Made by a program: the position numbers and the translations under genes. A stretch of DNA of 64,000 nucleotides from a virus (lineage: Duplodnaviria > Caudoviricetes): positions 34,293-98,292 of the IMG/VR virus record IMGVR_UViG_3300034127_000005; one strand, written 5' to 3'. The notes below the pieces were generated by a model, which searched no databases, was not told where the DNA came from, and saw nothing but the letters and a program-made list of their open reading frames with translations. Position 1 is the first letter of the stretch. Each line of letters starts with the position of its first letter. Below, piece by piece: positions 47,341 through 55,598 of this stretch.

Positions 47341-47973
47341 ATGCGTCTGGAAGATATTAAAGTAGGTCAACGGGTTCAAGCGGCAGAATGTTCGCAACTG
47401 TTTGGAAGCCGCAACGATAGTAAGTACGGCGAAGTGACCGAAATCGATGAAGAAGCTGAGCAAGTTTGGGTTCGCTTTGATGATGGTGCTCTGGACTACG
47501 GCAGATTTGACGATATCCGTCTGGTGCAGGATGTGGTTGTTGAACCAGCCCCGCTTGAAGAGCCTGTGGTTGTAGATGAGTGGCGTCAGATGTACATGAG
47601 CACCGTCGGTAGTGCTGTTGCATCGCTGCAAGCTATCTGCTACAATGCCAACGTCAAAGCTGGCTGGTGGCACGACCTGAACACAGGCGAAGCTTTTGAT
47701 CCTGTGAAGGTTGGTCCTGAGAAGATCGCACTGATGCACTCAGAACTCTCTGAAGCTCTTGAGGGCTTGCGTAAAGGCTTGCAGGATGATAAGCTGCCTC
47801 ACCGCCCAATGGCTGAAGTAGAAATCGCTGACTGCATCATCCGATGCCTTGACTGGTGTGGTGCGATGGGTTATGATGTCGGTGGTGCAATCGTGGAGAA
47901 GCTTGAGTACAATGCGAATAGAGCTGACCACAAAATCGAGAACCGTCTTAAAGACGACGGCAAAAAGTTCTAA
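47341..47973 (+). CDS. MazG-like NTP pyrophosphohydrolase with N-terminal SH3-like domain
   Basis: IALMHSELSEALEGLRK..EVEIADCIIR..D..EKLEYN. Confidence 0.8.
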   Translation: MRLEDIKVGQRVQAAECSQLFGSRNDSKYGEVTEIDEEAEQVWVRFDDGALDYGRFDDIRLVQDVVVEPAPLEEPVVVDEWRQMYMSTVGSAVASLQAICYNANVKAGWWHDLNTGEAFDPVKVGPEKIALMHSELSEALEGLRKGLQDDKLPHRPMAEVEIADCIIRCLDWCGAMGYDVGGAIVEKLEYNANRADHKIENRLKDDGKKF

Positions 47974-47991
47974 TCAAAAAGGAGAATCAAA

Positions 47992-48192
47992 TTGATTTAC
48001 AACGAAGCTGATGCTGTACAACGTGTAGCAGAAAACTGCAATGCAATCCAAGCACTGTACGCTGAGATTCGCGCTCTGAGCGACTACCACGATATCGAAG
48101 TGGAACTGCGTATTCCAACTCAAGATGGCCCGTGGGCCAATACAATTGATGCGGACTACAACAACGACTCTTGGTCGTCTAGCAACTGCTAA
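47992..48192 (+). CDS. Small acidic protein ending WSSSNC
   Basis: SD aaggag; TTG start. Confidence 0.65.
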   Translation: MIYNEADAVQRVAENCNAIQALYAEIRALSDYHDIEVELRIPTQDGPWANTIDADYNNDSWSSSNC

Positions 48193-48218
48193 TCAATCAC
48201 TCACAAAGGAGAACTACT

Positions 48219-48650
48219 ATGTCTTTCGACCGTAACGAAACCCGCACTACTCTGGAAACCGTTGTACTTGGTGGCGTTGAACTGCGCCAAGTTGAAGTGG
48301 CTTACAACTACAAGCCCTACAGCCGCACTGGCGACGCTGAAGTGTCCCGTCACACCTATAAGCATCTGGAGTTCGACGGTGAAGGTCTTGATGGCCTGAA
48401 CAACGCTCGTATCATCCTTGAAGCTCTGGCTCAGATGGACGAACTTACTCTGGCAGACTACAACCTTGAGCAACTGGTGGAGATTGTTGAAGAGCAAGCT
48501 TCTGAGATTGCTGAAGACTTGGAAATCCACTTCATCTATGACCGTGACGGCTCGAAGCGTGAGTACACTCCGCGTTCGCTGTGGTCCCCGTCTGGTGGCT
48601 GTGAGTGGGAAGAGTCTGCCTCTGAATACGATTACGGTTGGGACTTGTAA
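48219..48650 (+). CDS. Acidic protein with WSPSGGC motif near C-terminus
   Basis: SD aaggag. Confidence 0.7.
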   Translation: MSFDRNETRTTLETVVLGGVELRQVEVAYNYKPYSRTGDAEVSRHTYKHLEFDGEGLDGLNNARIILEALAQMDELTLADYNLEQLVEIVEEQASEIAEDLEIHFIYDRDGSKREYTPRSLWSPSGGCEWEESASEYDYGWDL

Positions 48651-48865
48651 TGGACGCTCGTGAACTGAAGAAGGACATAGAAAAGCTGCTTGGTCAGGCA
48701 CAAGCTCTTGTGCATGAGGCTGAAGCTATTGCAGATGAGCATGGTTTGACGTTCTCTCTGGACATTGGTGGTTATGGCATGGGTGGCTACTACGACCCCA
48801 ATGATCGAGAGGACCAATGGGGTAACGATAATGGTGGATGGCACGCATCTAGCCAAAGCTGTTAA
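48650..48865 (+). CDS. Small acidic protein ending WHASSQSC
   Basis: TAATG coupling. Confidence 0.7.
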   Translation: MDARELKKDIEKLLGQAQALVHEAEAIADEHGLTFSLDIGGYGMGGYYDPNDREDQWGNDNGGWHASSQSC

Positions 48866-48869
48866 GACA

Positions 48870-48892
48870 GAGCCCGCTTCGGCGGGCTTTTC
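48870..48892 (+). terminator. Intrinsic terminator
   Basis: AGCCCGC-TTCG-GCGGGCT-TTT. Confidence 0.85.
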
Positions 48893-48905
48893 TGTGGGAG
48901 ATAGA

Positions 48906-49124
48906 ATGACAATAGATGAAATCAAGCGTGACGTGGCTAAAAGCCTCAAGGATTACTGCAAGAGGGCTGGCTTCACTCAGAGTGAGTTTGCATTTCTCAC
49001 AGGCACAACACAACCAAGAGCTTCACGTGTATTTAATCTGAATCTCGACACAATATCGCTTGACAGTTTGTTCAAGATGGTAGAGAATCTGGACCTCAAT
49101 GTAACCCTCACAATAGGAGAATAA
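48906..49124 (+). CDS. XRE-family HTH regulator
   Basis: GFTQSEFAFLTGTTQPRASRV..ISLDSL. Confidence 0.75.
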   Translation: MTIDEIKRDVAKSLKDYCKRAGFTQSEFAFLTGTTQPRASRVFNLNLDTISLDSLFKMVENLDLNVTLTIGE

Positions 49125-49125
49125 G

Positions 49126-49476
49126 ATGCAAAGCTTCAATAGCAAACTAGAAGTCGGTATGCAAGCCATGGTCATTGGCTGCAAGCAGCCTAAGAATTCA
49201 TGGGTTATCGGTAAGATGGTAACTATTGAAGCTTTGTGTCAGAAGGGCGAGAATGTTCCTGATGAATTCCTAAGCGAACAGTTCAAGGCTGAGGATAGTG
49301 ATCGCACTCCGTTCCTGTCTAATGTTGCAATCGTTCGGGGTATCCACGTAAACACTTCGATCCTTTTTAATCACGCAGTTATCAATGAAATGTATCTAAT
49401 GCCCTTGCCACCTCTGGACGATGATGCTATCATCTTCGCCAATGAAAACGTAAAGGAGACTGAGAAATGCTCGTAG
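49126..49476 (+). CDS. Hypothetical protein
   Basis: SD aggag; LEVGMQAMVIG..YLMPLPP. Confidence 0.65.
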   Translation: MQSFNSKLEVGMQAMVIGCKQPKNSWVIGKMVTIEALCQKGENVPDEFLSEQFKAEDSDRTPFLSNVAIVRGIHVNTSILFNHAVINEMYLMPLPPLDDDAIIFANENVKETEKCS

Positions 49477-50435
49477 TCGGCAGCCAAGCAATGAAGCACC
49501 ACTTCCCAGAAGCTGGCATCATCCCACGTGATACCGATATCATCGGTACAATGGATGAGTTCCGTGAGTGGAGCCGTACCTTCGCGAAGGGTGACATCAT
49601 CATCTGTAAGCCTCTGAGTGCCACCAAGATGCACGTTCGCACCAAAGACGGATGGAACTATGAGTTCGAGATTGCGACGGCTGGTAGCAGCTCTGAGAGG
49701 CTTCTAGACTACTTCGATCTAGGCCAAACCTATGCACCAACATGGGTTTTACTATTCCTGAAGATGAGCCATCGGTTCCGCAGGAACTCCCCACACTTCT
49801 TGAAGACGATGCGTGATATCCAGTTCCTTCGTGCTGCTGGTGTAACGATGGGTACTGAGTTGGAAGAGCTGCTTCCTCAAAGGGAAGCTGAGACATACAC
49901 TTACGCACATCCGAAGCTGGATGTGAGCAAGAGTGCGTTCTTCGATGGTGATGGTGTTCCGTACATCTATGACCACGACTCGATCCACCTGACTCAAGCT
50001 TTGTGTGTACGACAGCGTTGGGTGAGAACTGGTGGCCCTTCTGTAGCTGGTAAGCTTGTGAGCTATGGCAAAGAGGAAACCATTCACACTCCTGCCTACA
50101 CCTTCTATATGAAGGAAGGTTCTGAGGTGATGACCAGCAAGGAGAAATTCTTCAGCATGCCTGAGAGTATCCGCTTGGCTGGTGTGTATGAAGAGAGCTG
50201 CGTGCTTGCTCTGGAACGTTCTCAGATTCCCTTTCCAGAGGCTAGCCCTCGTAAGAGTTTTGAGTACGCACTGATGAAGGTATGTACCTCTATCACTTCT
50301 GGTTGGTTCCGCGAATTTGCTTGGGAGAATTATGATAATGTGCTTGACATCTACGAGAAAGAAGGCGAAGATGGCTACCTCAAACGCTTCAACGCAAACA
50401 AACACTTACTGAAACCATATGAAGGGAGTTATTAA
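49467..50435 (+). CDS. Putative Pol-beta-superfamily nucleotidyltransferase
   Basis: N-terminal VVGS..RDTD motif with a later acidic YEFE; C-terminal YDHDSIH, EESCVLALER, CTSITSGWFREFAWENY. Confidence 0.7.
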   Translation: MLVVGSQAMKHHFPEAGIIPRDTDIIGTMDEFREWSRTFAKGDIIICKPLSATKMHVRTKDGWNYEFEIATAGSSSERLLDYFDLGQTYAPTWVLLFLKMSHRFRRNSPHFLKTMRDIQFLRAAGVTMGTELEELLPQREAETYTYAHPKLDVSKSAFFDGDGVPYIYDHDSIHLTQALCVRQRWVRTGGPSVAGKLVSYGKEETIHTPAYTFYMKEGSEVMTSKEKFFSMPESIRLAGVYEESCVLALERSQIPFPEASPRKSFEYALMKVCTSITSGWFREFAWENYDNVLDIYEKEGEDGYLKRFNANKHLLKPYEGSY

Positions 50436-50701
50436 TGGACATCCGCCCAACGAACATCTGTGCTATGAGTGTATTCAAAGTTGAAACTGAGAACTACATC
50501 TACCACTTTCCAAGTTCTGAGCAAATTCTAGCTGCCTTCCAAGGTCTGGGTGGTATTGATACTCAACTGATGCGTATGTCTTCCATTGTCACTGAGAAGA
50601 GTGCAGGGCGTTACGTCAAACACCGGGCTGTAAGCCACGAGGTGGCAAACCTCATTAAAGGTTTGAGCCAAGAAGACATCGACCACATCCGTAGCAACTA
50701 A
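50435..50701 (+). CDS. Hypothetical protein
   Basis: TAATG coupling. Confidence 0.6.
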   Translation: MDIRPTNICAMSVFKVETENYIYHFPSSEQILAAFQGLGGIDTQLMRMSSIVTEKSAGRYVKHRAVSHEVANLIKGLSQEDIDHIRSN

Positions 50702-50769
50702 AGCTTGACAGTATAACCAAATAGCCTCAGAATAGCCCCAACGAAACGAACAATACAGGAGATACACAG

Positions 50770-51129
50770 ATGGCCGATCCAACCTTTGACCTTTACGTTG
50801 CAAAGAAAATGTCGTCTAAGGCAAGCAACGCAAAGGATCGTGGTATCGAGTTCAACTTGACCTTCGCTTCCATGCGAAACCTCCTGTCTGCCAAGAAGTG
50901 TTACTATACAGGCTTGCCGATGACCAAGCCAACGGGCGTCAAGCAGGTTGGTTCTGACCTCACTATCGACCGTATCGATGCTTCGAAGGGCTATATCAAG
51001 GGTAATGTGGTTGCTTGCTGCTATGCCGCAAACCAACTGAAGAGCCAAGTGGAAGCTGCTGGTCTTGAAGGTATCAAGATGGGTGCGCGTGTATTCAACC
51101 GCACAATCAAACGTATGGAGGCTAAGTGA
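50770..51129 (+). CDS. His-Me finger/HNH-like endonuclease
   Basis: KCYYTG..TIDRIDASKGYIKGNVVACC..AN; promoter TTGACA-N17-CAGAAT at 50705-50733. Confidence 0.7.
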   Translation: MADPTFDLYVAKKMSSKASNAKDRGIEFNLTFASMRNLLSAKKCYYTGLPMTKPTGVKQVGSDLTIDRIDASKGYIKGNVVACCYAANQLKSQVEAAGLEGIKMGARVFNRTIKRMEAK

Positions 51130-51332
51130 TGCTTGACCCAAAAGATGTTATCATCGAGGACTTGAAACGTACGCTCTCGAAGCTTGAACGGTCATTGAGA
51201 ATGGCAGGCAGTATTGAGTTCCAGTGCTATCACAACGCCCGTGATCGAGAACTAGCTGGAGAGTTTCTTAAGATGGCTAACGAAGCTCAAGAGTCCCTTA
51301 ACTTTGCAATCCAATTGGAGCATAATCTATAA
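51129..51332 (+). CDS. Hypothetical protein
   Basis: Coupled ORF. Confidence 0.6.
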   Translation: MLDPKDVIIEDLKRTLSKLERSLRMAGSIEFQCYHNARDRELAGEFLKMANEAQESLNFAIQLEHNL

Positions 51333-51559
51333 TGAAACCACAGAGCCGAGAATGTCCGGGTTGTAACAAGCCAATGCTTGACGGTCAAACCTTCAACGGT
51401 TTGCTGCAATGTCACTGGGATTGTCAAGATATAGTCAAGGAGAAGATGGGTCAGCAGAATGCAGACGATCTGATTCAATTCCGAATCAATGCACGACTGG
51501 CTCAGGATGGTATTGACTCTGGGCACCGCCTATTCAAGTTGTTAGGAGGTAGTGTATGA
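51332..51559 (+). CDS. Hypothetical Zn-binding protein
   Basis: CPGC..CHWDC. Confidence 0.6.
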   Translation: MKPQSRECPGCNKPMLDGQTFNGLLQCHWDCQDIVKEKMGQQNADDLIQFRINARLAQDGIDSGHRLFKLLGGSV

Positions 51560-51789
51560 TTTGGACATATTGTGTAATAGCTTGGTTTGTGATAGGTTTG
51601 TTAGCTGTAGCTTGGTGTCTGTACACTGAATTTAATCCAACAGAAGACTTCACTCTACAAGACTTGGGCATGGTGTTGGCAACCATTTGCCTCGGCCCAA
51701 TCTTTGCAATCTGGTACATCATAGAGATAACCCCTAATGTCGTGTTGATTAAAGGGAGAGTTCGAGATGAACGTGGCAGAGCTAATTGA
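51556..51789 (+). CDS. Membrane protein
   Basis: Two hydrophobic segments; SD aggagg. Confidence 0.6.
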   Translation: MIWTYCVIAWFVIGLLAVAWCLYTEFNPTEDFTLQDLGMVLATICLGPIFAIWYIIEITPNVVLIKGRVRDERGRAN

Positions 51790-52027
51790 GTGGTTGAAAA
51801 CAATGCCGCAAGATGCTAAGATTCAAGTCTTGAGTCATAGCAGTGGTGGCAGTTATTACGATCAAGGTGGTAACTGTTGCATTGAAGACTTCCATACCCA
51901 TGTTGAATATCAGCAATGGAAAGATGTGGGTGATACGTCAGAAGTAGACTACATCTATGGCCTGCACTTTGAGCTGTCTAAATTCAAGGGTGAATACGAA
52001 CTTCAATTGGGAGTAAAAGATAAGTGA
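51767..52027 (+). CDS. Hypothetical protein
   Basis: MNVAELIEWLKTMPQDA phage-type N-terminus. Confidence 0.65.
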   Translation: MNVAELIEWLKTMPQDAKIQVLSHSSGGSYYDQGGNCCIEDFHTHVEYQQWKDVGDTSEVDYIYGLHFELSKFKGEYELQLGVKDK

Positions 52028-52218
52028 GTGAGCTTTATAAGTACCAAGCTGGGCAGTTGAATACATGGGTTGAGGTTTATGTTGCAGATGAGGAAATGGA
52101 AAAGACCATTGAAGCTGCGAAGTTGTTGGCCTACCTTGAGAAACATCTTGGTCGTCGCGACTTCAACGATATGATTGCAATGGCTGAAGAGCGGGAGGAA
52201 ATGGATAGTGACGACTGA
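52024..52218 (+). CDS. Hypothetical protein
   Basis: GTGA overlap. Confidence 0.55.
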   Translation: MSELYKYQAGQLNTWVEVYVADEEMEKTIEAAKLLAYLEKHLGRRDFNDMIAMAEEREEMDSDD

Positions 52219-52408
52219 TCAAAAGCTGGCCCACATTCGCTGGTACATCGTTGAAGTGGGCAGGAGCAGCAACAAGGAAACAAAGAAGCACTGGATCAGT
52301 ATGGCTCGCGGAGCTGCTGGTGCATGGTTTGCAGATATGACAATCACCCATGAACACTTCAAGGGGTTTGAAACGGAATTGAACGATCTAGTGGAGGAAA
52401 CATTTTGA
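52208..52408 (+). CDS. Hypothetical protein
   Basis: GTG 52208 with SD ggagg. Confidence 0.55.
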   Translation: MTTDQKLAHIRWYIVEVGRSSNKETKKHWISMARGAAGAWFADMTITHEHFKGFETELNDLVEETF

Positions 52409-52884
52409 AGACGATTTTAAGTATTATTGGTGGTCTGTTGATCACTCTTGCGCTTGGTCTGGGTATCAATCAAGTGTCGGGCCAACCGAAGAATCCCGAG
52501 AACATCGTCACCACAACTGGTGGTATGACTATCAAGATGGGCAATGTGACTGCTGAGTTGGCACAGACCAATATCAGCGTGGGTAGTGGAGGTAGTGTCA
52601 CTGTACCTTTGGCTAATACAGCGAAGGAAGTAGCTAGCCTCATGGATCAAGCTGGTGTGGTAGACACCGACCTCCTGAAAGGAAACTTGACAGTGTGCCT
52701 GATCAGTGTGGTAGCATACAAGACAGAGCTGAATGGTTATGTCAGCACCCAGATTGCGAATGAGTGTCGGAACTTTACACCGGGCATGATGGCTGCTACA
52801 ATCAAAACCTTCGCTGAAGACTACACGGTTGCTACTGTCACTGAGTACAAAACCAACCACACATTTATTAACAAGGGGGAGTAA
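52405..52884 (+). CDS. Secreted or membrane-anchored hypothetical protein
   Basis: N-terminal signal/TM segment; Cys pair. Confidence 0.65.
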   Translation: MKTILSIIGGLLITLALGLGINQVSGQPKNPENIVTTTGGMTIKMGNVTAELAQTNISVGSGGSVTVPLANTAKEVASLMDQAGVVDTDLLKGNLTVCLISVVAYKTELNGYVSTQIANECRNFTPGMMAATIKTFAEDYTVATVTEYKTNHTFINKGE

Positions 52885-52887
52885 ATA

Positions 52888-53496
52888 ATGACTATTTTCA
52901 AGGCTGGCGATAAGGTACGTATCAAGCGAGGCGCTTACAACGTATCTGACCATCGATTCGGCATGACTGCAAAAGTCACTCGCATTGACACTGAGTCCAT
53001 ACTTTTGCCTGTCCGTGTTGAGTACGACAGCTTCCAATTTAACTGGACTAACCACGAAAGCCTTGAGCTGGTCGAAGCTGCTCCATCGGAACATGCTGCA
53101 ATCGGCAAGGACATCCTTGATAAGATGGTGACTCTCAAAGAGTCCATCGTAGCTCGTGATAACGCTGTCAAGCTGGTTGTAGAACAGACTGAAGCACTGG
53201 ATGCATTGCTGACTAGTGTCGGCTTGAAGCGCGGTGAAGAGATTCCTGCGGTCCCTGTACGTGTCACTGCTAAAACACGTACAGTGTTGGACGATGTTAC
53301 AGATGGCAGTATCACACTAGAAGGTCTTTATAAATGTACTTCTAGTGCCGTAGACTTCTTCACCAAGGACAAGACATACCGAGTAGAAGATTTGGACCTT
53401 GGCGACCGTAACCAACCCGTGTCTTTCATTGATGATGATGGTGACGAAATGTTCCCTGATCGTCCTGAGCTGGCCTTCTTCGTTCGTGTAATCTAA
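52888..53496 (+). CDS. Hypothetical protein (SH3-like ends, central coiled coil)
   Basis: FKAGDKVRIK..SLELV N-terminal domain. Confidence 0.7.
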   Translation: MTIFKAGDKVRIKRGAYNVSDHRFGMTAKVTRIDTESILLPVRVEYDSFQFNWTNHESLELVEAAPSEHAAIGKDILDKMVTLKESIVARDNAVKLVVEQTEALDALLTSVGLKRGEEIPAVPVRVTAKTRTVLDDVTDGSITLEGLYKCTSSAVDFFTKDKTYRVEDLDLGDRNQPVSFIDDDGDEMFPDRPELAFFVRVI

Positions 53497-53506
53497 GGAG
53501 CAACGC

Positions 53507-53707
53507 ATGCTGAATTATACCCAACGTGAAAACGATATCCTTGTACGCTTCAAGAAACGCCCACTGGGTACTATCGAGAAGAGTGGCCGCATGCACGTGT
53601 ACATCCCGAGAGCTTGTGACAGGGCTATCCGTTGGGAATTTGGAAGCTTGGAAGAATTGAAATCCTTTCTTACAGAGCCCTCTCGAATCAGCTTGACGCG
53701 GTACTGA
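53507..53707 (+). CDS. Hypothetical protein
   Basis: SD aaggag. Confidence 0.6.
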   Translation: MLNYTQRENDILVRFKKRPLGTIEKSGRMHVYIPRACDRAIRWEFGSLEELKSFLTEPSRISLTRY

Positions 53708-53765
53708 AATCAAGGTAGAATGTACTAAGGACCATCGTTCGTAAGAACAACCCCTCATAGGAGAC

Positions 53766-53951
53766 ATGGATATGTCAGATGAAAATAAGATCGCAATCTA
53801 TGAGAAAAAGACTATTCGAGAAGTAGAGTTGGAACTATCCATCTTCGTGAGAGATAGAAAATCCTGCTCCGTACCTCGAAGACTCCACTGGCTTGAGGAA
53901 CACATTGAGTTCCTTGAAAGAGTTCTTGTAGAGAAACAATCCGCTGTATGA
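53766..53951 (+). CDS. Hypothetical protein
   Basis: Own promoter TTGACG-N17-TAGAAT (53693-53721), SD and terminator. Confidence 0.65.
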   Translation: MDMSDENKIAIYEKKTIREVELELSIFVRDRKSCSVPRRLHWLEEHIEFLERVLVEKQSAV

Positions 53952-53955
53952 TTTA

Positions 53956-53980
53956 GCCCGCTTCGGCGGGCTTTTCTTTG
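53956..53980 (+). terminator. Intrinsic terminator
   Basis: AGCCCGC-TTCG-GCGGGCT-TTTCTTT. Confidence 0.85.
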
Positions 53981-54077
53981 TCTGCGATTTGTTGAGAAAA
54001 GTATTGACGGCACTCTATAAACTCTATAGAATGACTAACACAGCAAGGCAATCCCACCAAGCACTAAGGAGAATCCC

Positions 54078-54497
54078 ATGAAAGAAATTAAGCCGTCTAC
54101 TTGCACTCAATTCCCAGTCGGTTGTAAAGTAAAGATCACCCGTTCTGGTCACTCGTACACTACTTATGCAGAAATGATCCGATTCATGGGTTTAGATATG
54201 CAGGACTATCGGATTAGCGATACAGTTCTTCGTGATGGAGATGTATGTACAGTAGTAGCCAAGGCTTTGCACGGGGACGGGTATGACGGGGAAGTGTTGG
54301 CGGTTCGTTTTGGTGATGGTTCTCGTGGCCCTGTTGGGTTGATCCGTGCTCTGGGTGTAGTTGAATATGAAGTATCTAAGAACGTACTTACAGAGTCAAC
54401 CATTGCACAATTGAAGGCTGAGCTTGCAACAGTCAAAGCCAAACTGTGGGATGTGGAACAGAAGCTGAAGAAGATTGTCGCTGTCGCAACTGAGTAG
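54078..54497 (+). CDS. Hypothetical protein
   Basis: Promoter TTGACG-N17-TAGAAT (54004-54032); SD aaggag. Confidence 0.7.
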   Translation: MKEIKPSTCTQFPVGCKVKITRSGHSYTTYAEMIRFMGLDMQDYRISDTVLRDGDVCTVVAKALHGDGYDGEVLAVRFGDGSRGPVGLIRALGVVEYEVSKNVLTESTIAQLKAELATVKAKLWDVEQKLKKIVAVATE

Positions 54498-54501
54498 CAC
54501 C

Positions 54502-54538
54502 AAAGCCCCGTCCTTACTTTAGGAGCGGGGCTTTCTTC
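54502..54538 (+). terminator. Intrinsic terminator
   Basis: AAAGCCCCG-TCCT-TACTTT-AGGAG-CGGGGCTTT-CTT. Confidence 0.8.
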
Positions 54539-54707
54539 TGCCTTACTTTTAGGGGCACCCTTATTTGTATGGATTATTTATTCATGCTGGATTATTTCGA
54601 TGAAAGATTTGGTGGACCCCCTAGAATCCTAAAACTCTTTGAAGAATAGCTAGACACATGCGGTAAAGATTGGTAGAATCTTCCCATCAACCAACAAGGA
54701 GAATAAA

Positions 54708-54929
54708 ATGGCTCAGTACAGAATGCGATGCAACCACTGTGGACACACCTACGTGACGTCCTATAAGAGCGCTAGCTGCCCTCGACATGACTACCGTGGA
54801 CATAGTTCTACGTTCGTTGAAGACGTCTTAGAGACTGCTGTAGACGTTGCAGCAGCCTACTTTGCCGTAGACTTGGCAATGGATGTAGCGAGTGGCGTTG
54901 GGGATTTGCTTGGGAGTTTGTTCGACTGA
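54708..54929 (+). CDS. Zn-ribbon small protein
   Basis: CNHC..CPRH; promoter TAGACA-N17-TAGAAT (54651-54679); SD aaggag. Confidence 0.65.
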   Translation: MAQYRMRCNHCGHTYVTSYKSASCPRHDYRGHSSTFVEDVLETAVDVAAAYFAVDLAMDVASGVGDLLGSLFD

Positions 54930-55520
54930 AAAAGCGAGGACTGGACAGCTTTTCAGGGGACTGGGGGACTGGACAGCTTTTTACAGGGATTCCTGTACAG
55001 ACGAAGGTACAGGAATTCTCTCGGGGAAGTGGCGTGCCACAATCTGGTGGATCAATAGGGAGCTAAGCATTTAAATAGGGAGCTATCTATTGCGTGACGG
55101 GAATCTCGTTTTAGTCACGAAGGCGACCGTGCACAGTCCGTGCCAGAAATGCCTTACCTAAAACATACAGGCACAGACAAGTCTCGCTCAGTTGGCGATA
55201 GGGCGAATGATCCCCTAGACGACTGATCCAAGGTTTTAAAGTGAAGCCAGATTACCACTCTGATTTTAAGAATGCAAGCGGAAAGATTCATGCCAAGGTT
55301 AGACATGCTATTTTCATGCCAACAAGGAATAACGCCCACTCTCCCTGTTTGTCTCCGGATTCTCTACAACCCCGCTATAGCCATAATTCTACGCCTTTCA
55401 ACAACGAATGCAAGGGGTTGACAGAAATAATTTTACCCTGTATTCGCACGCGCCCCCGGTTCATTTATGTAGTGTGGCTTCCGTAATAGCACAAAGTATT
55501 TTCGTCATTAGAATAAAAAG
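54930..55520. other. Repeat-rich non-coding segment; candidate genome terminus/direct terminal repeat
   Basis: Direct repeats GGACTGGACAGCTTTT (54938, 54966) and AATAGGGAGCTA (55054, 55074); immediately precedes the early promoter array. Confidence 0.45.
55386..55413 (-). promoter_or_regulatory. Leftward sigma70-type promoter
   Basis: TTGCAT-N16-TAGAAT on minus strand. Confidence 0.6.
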
Positions 55521-55598
55521 GTGTTGACGCAATACCGGATAGTGATAAGATGGCCCCACTTAAACAGAACGCCACCAACGGCAAGGAAACTAAAGGCA

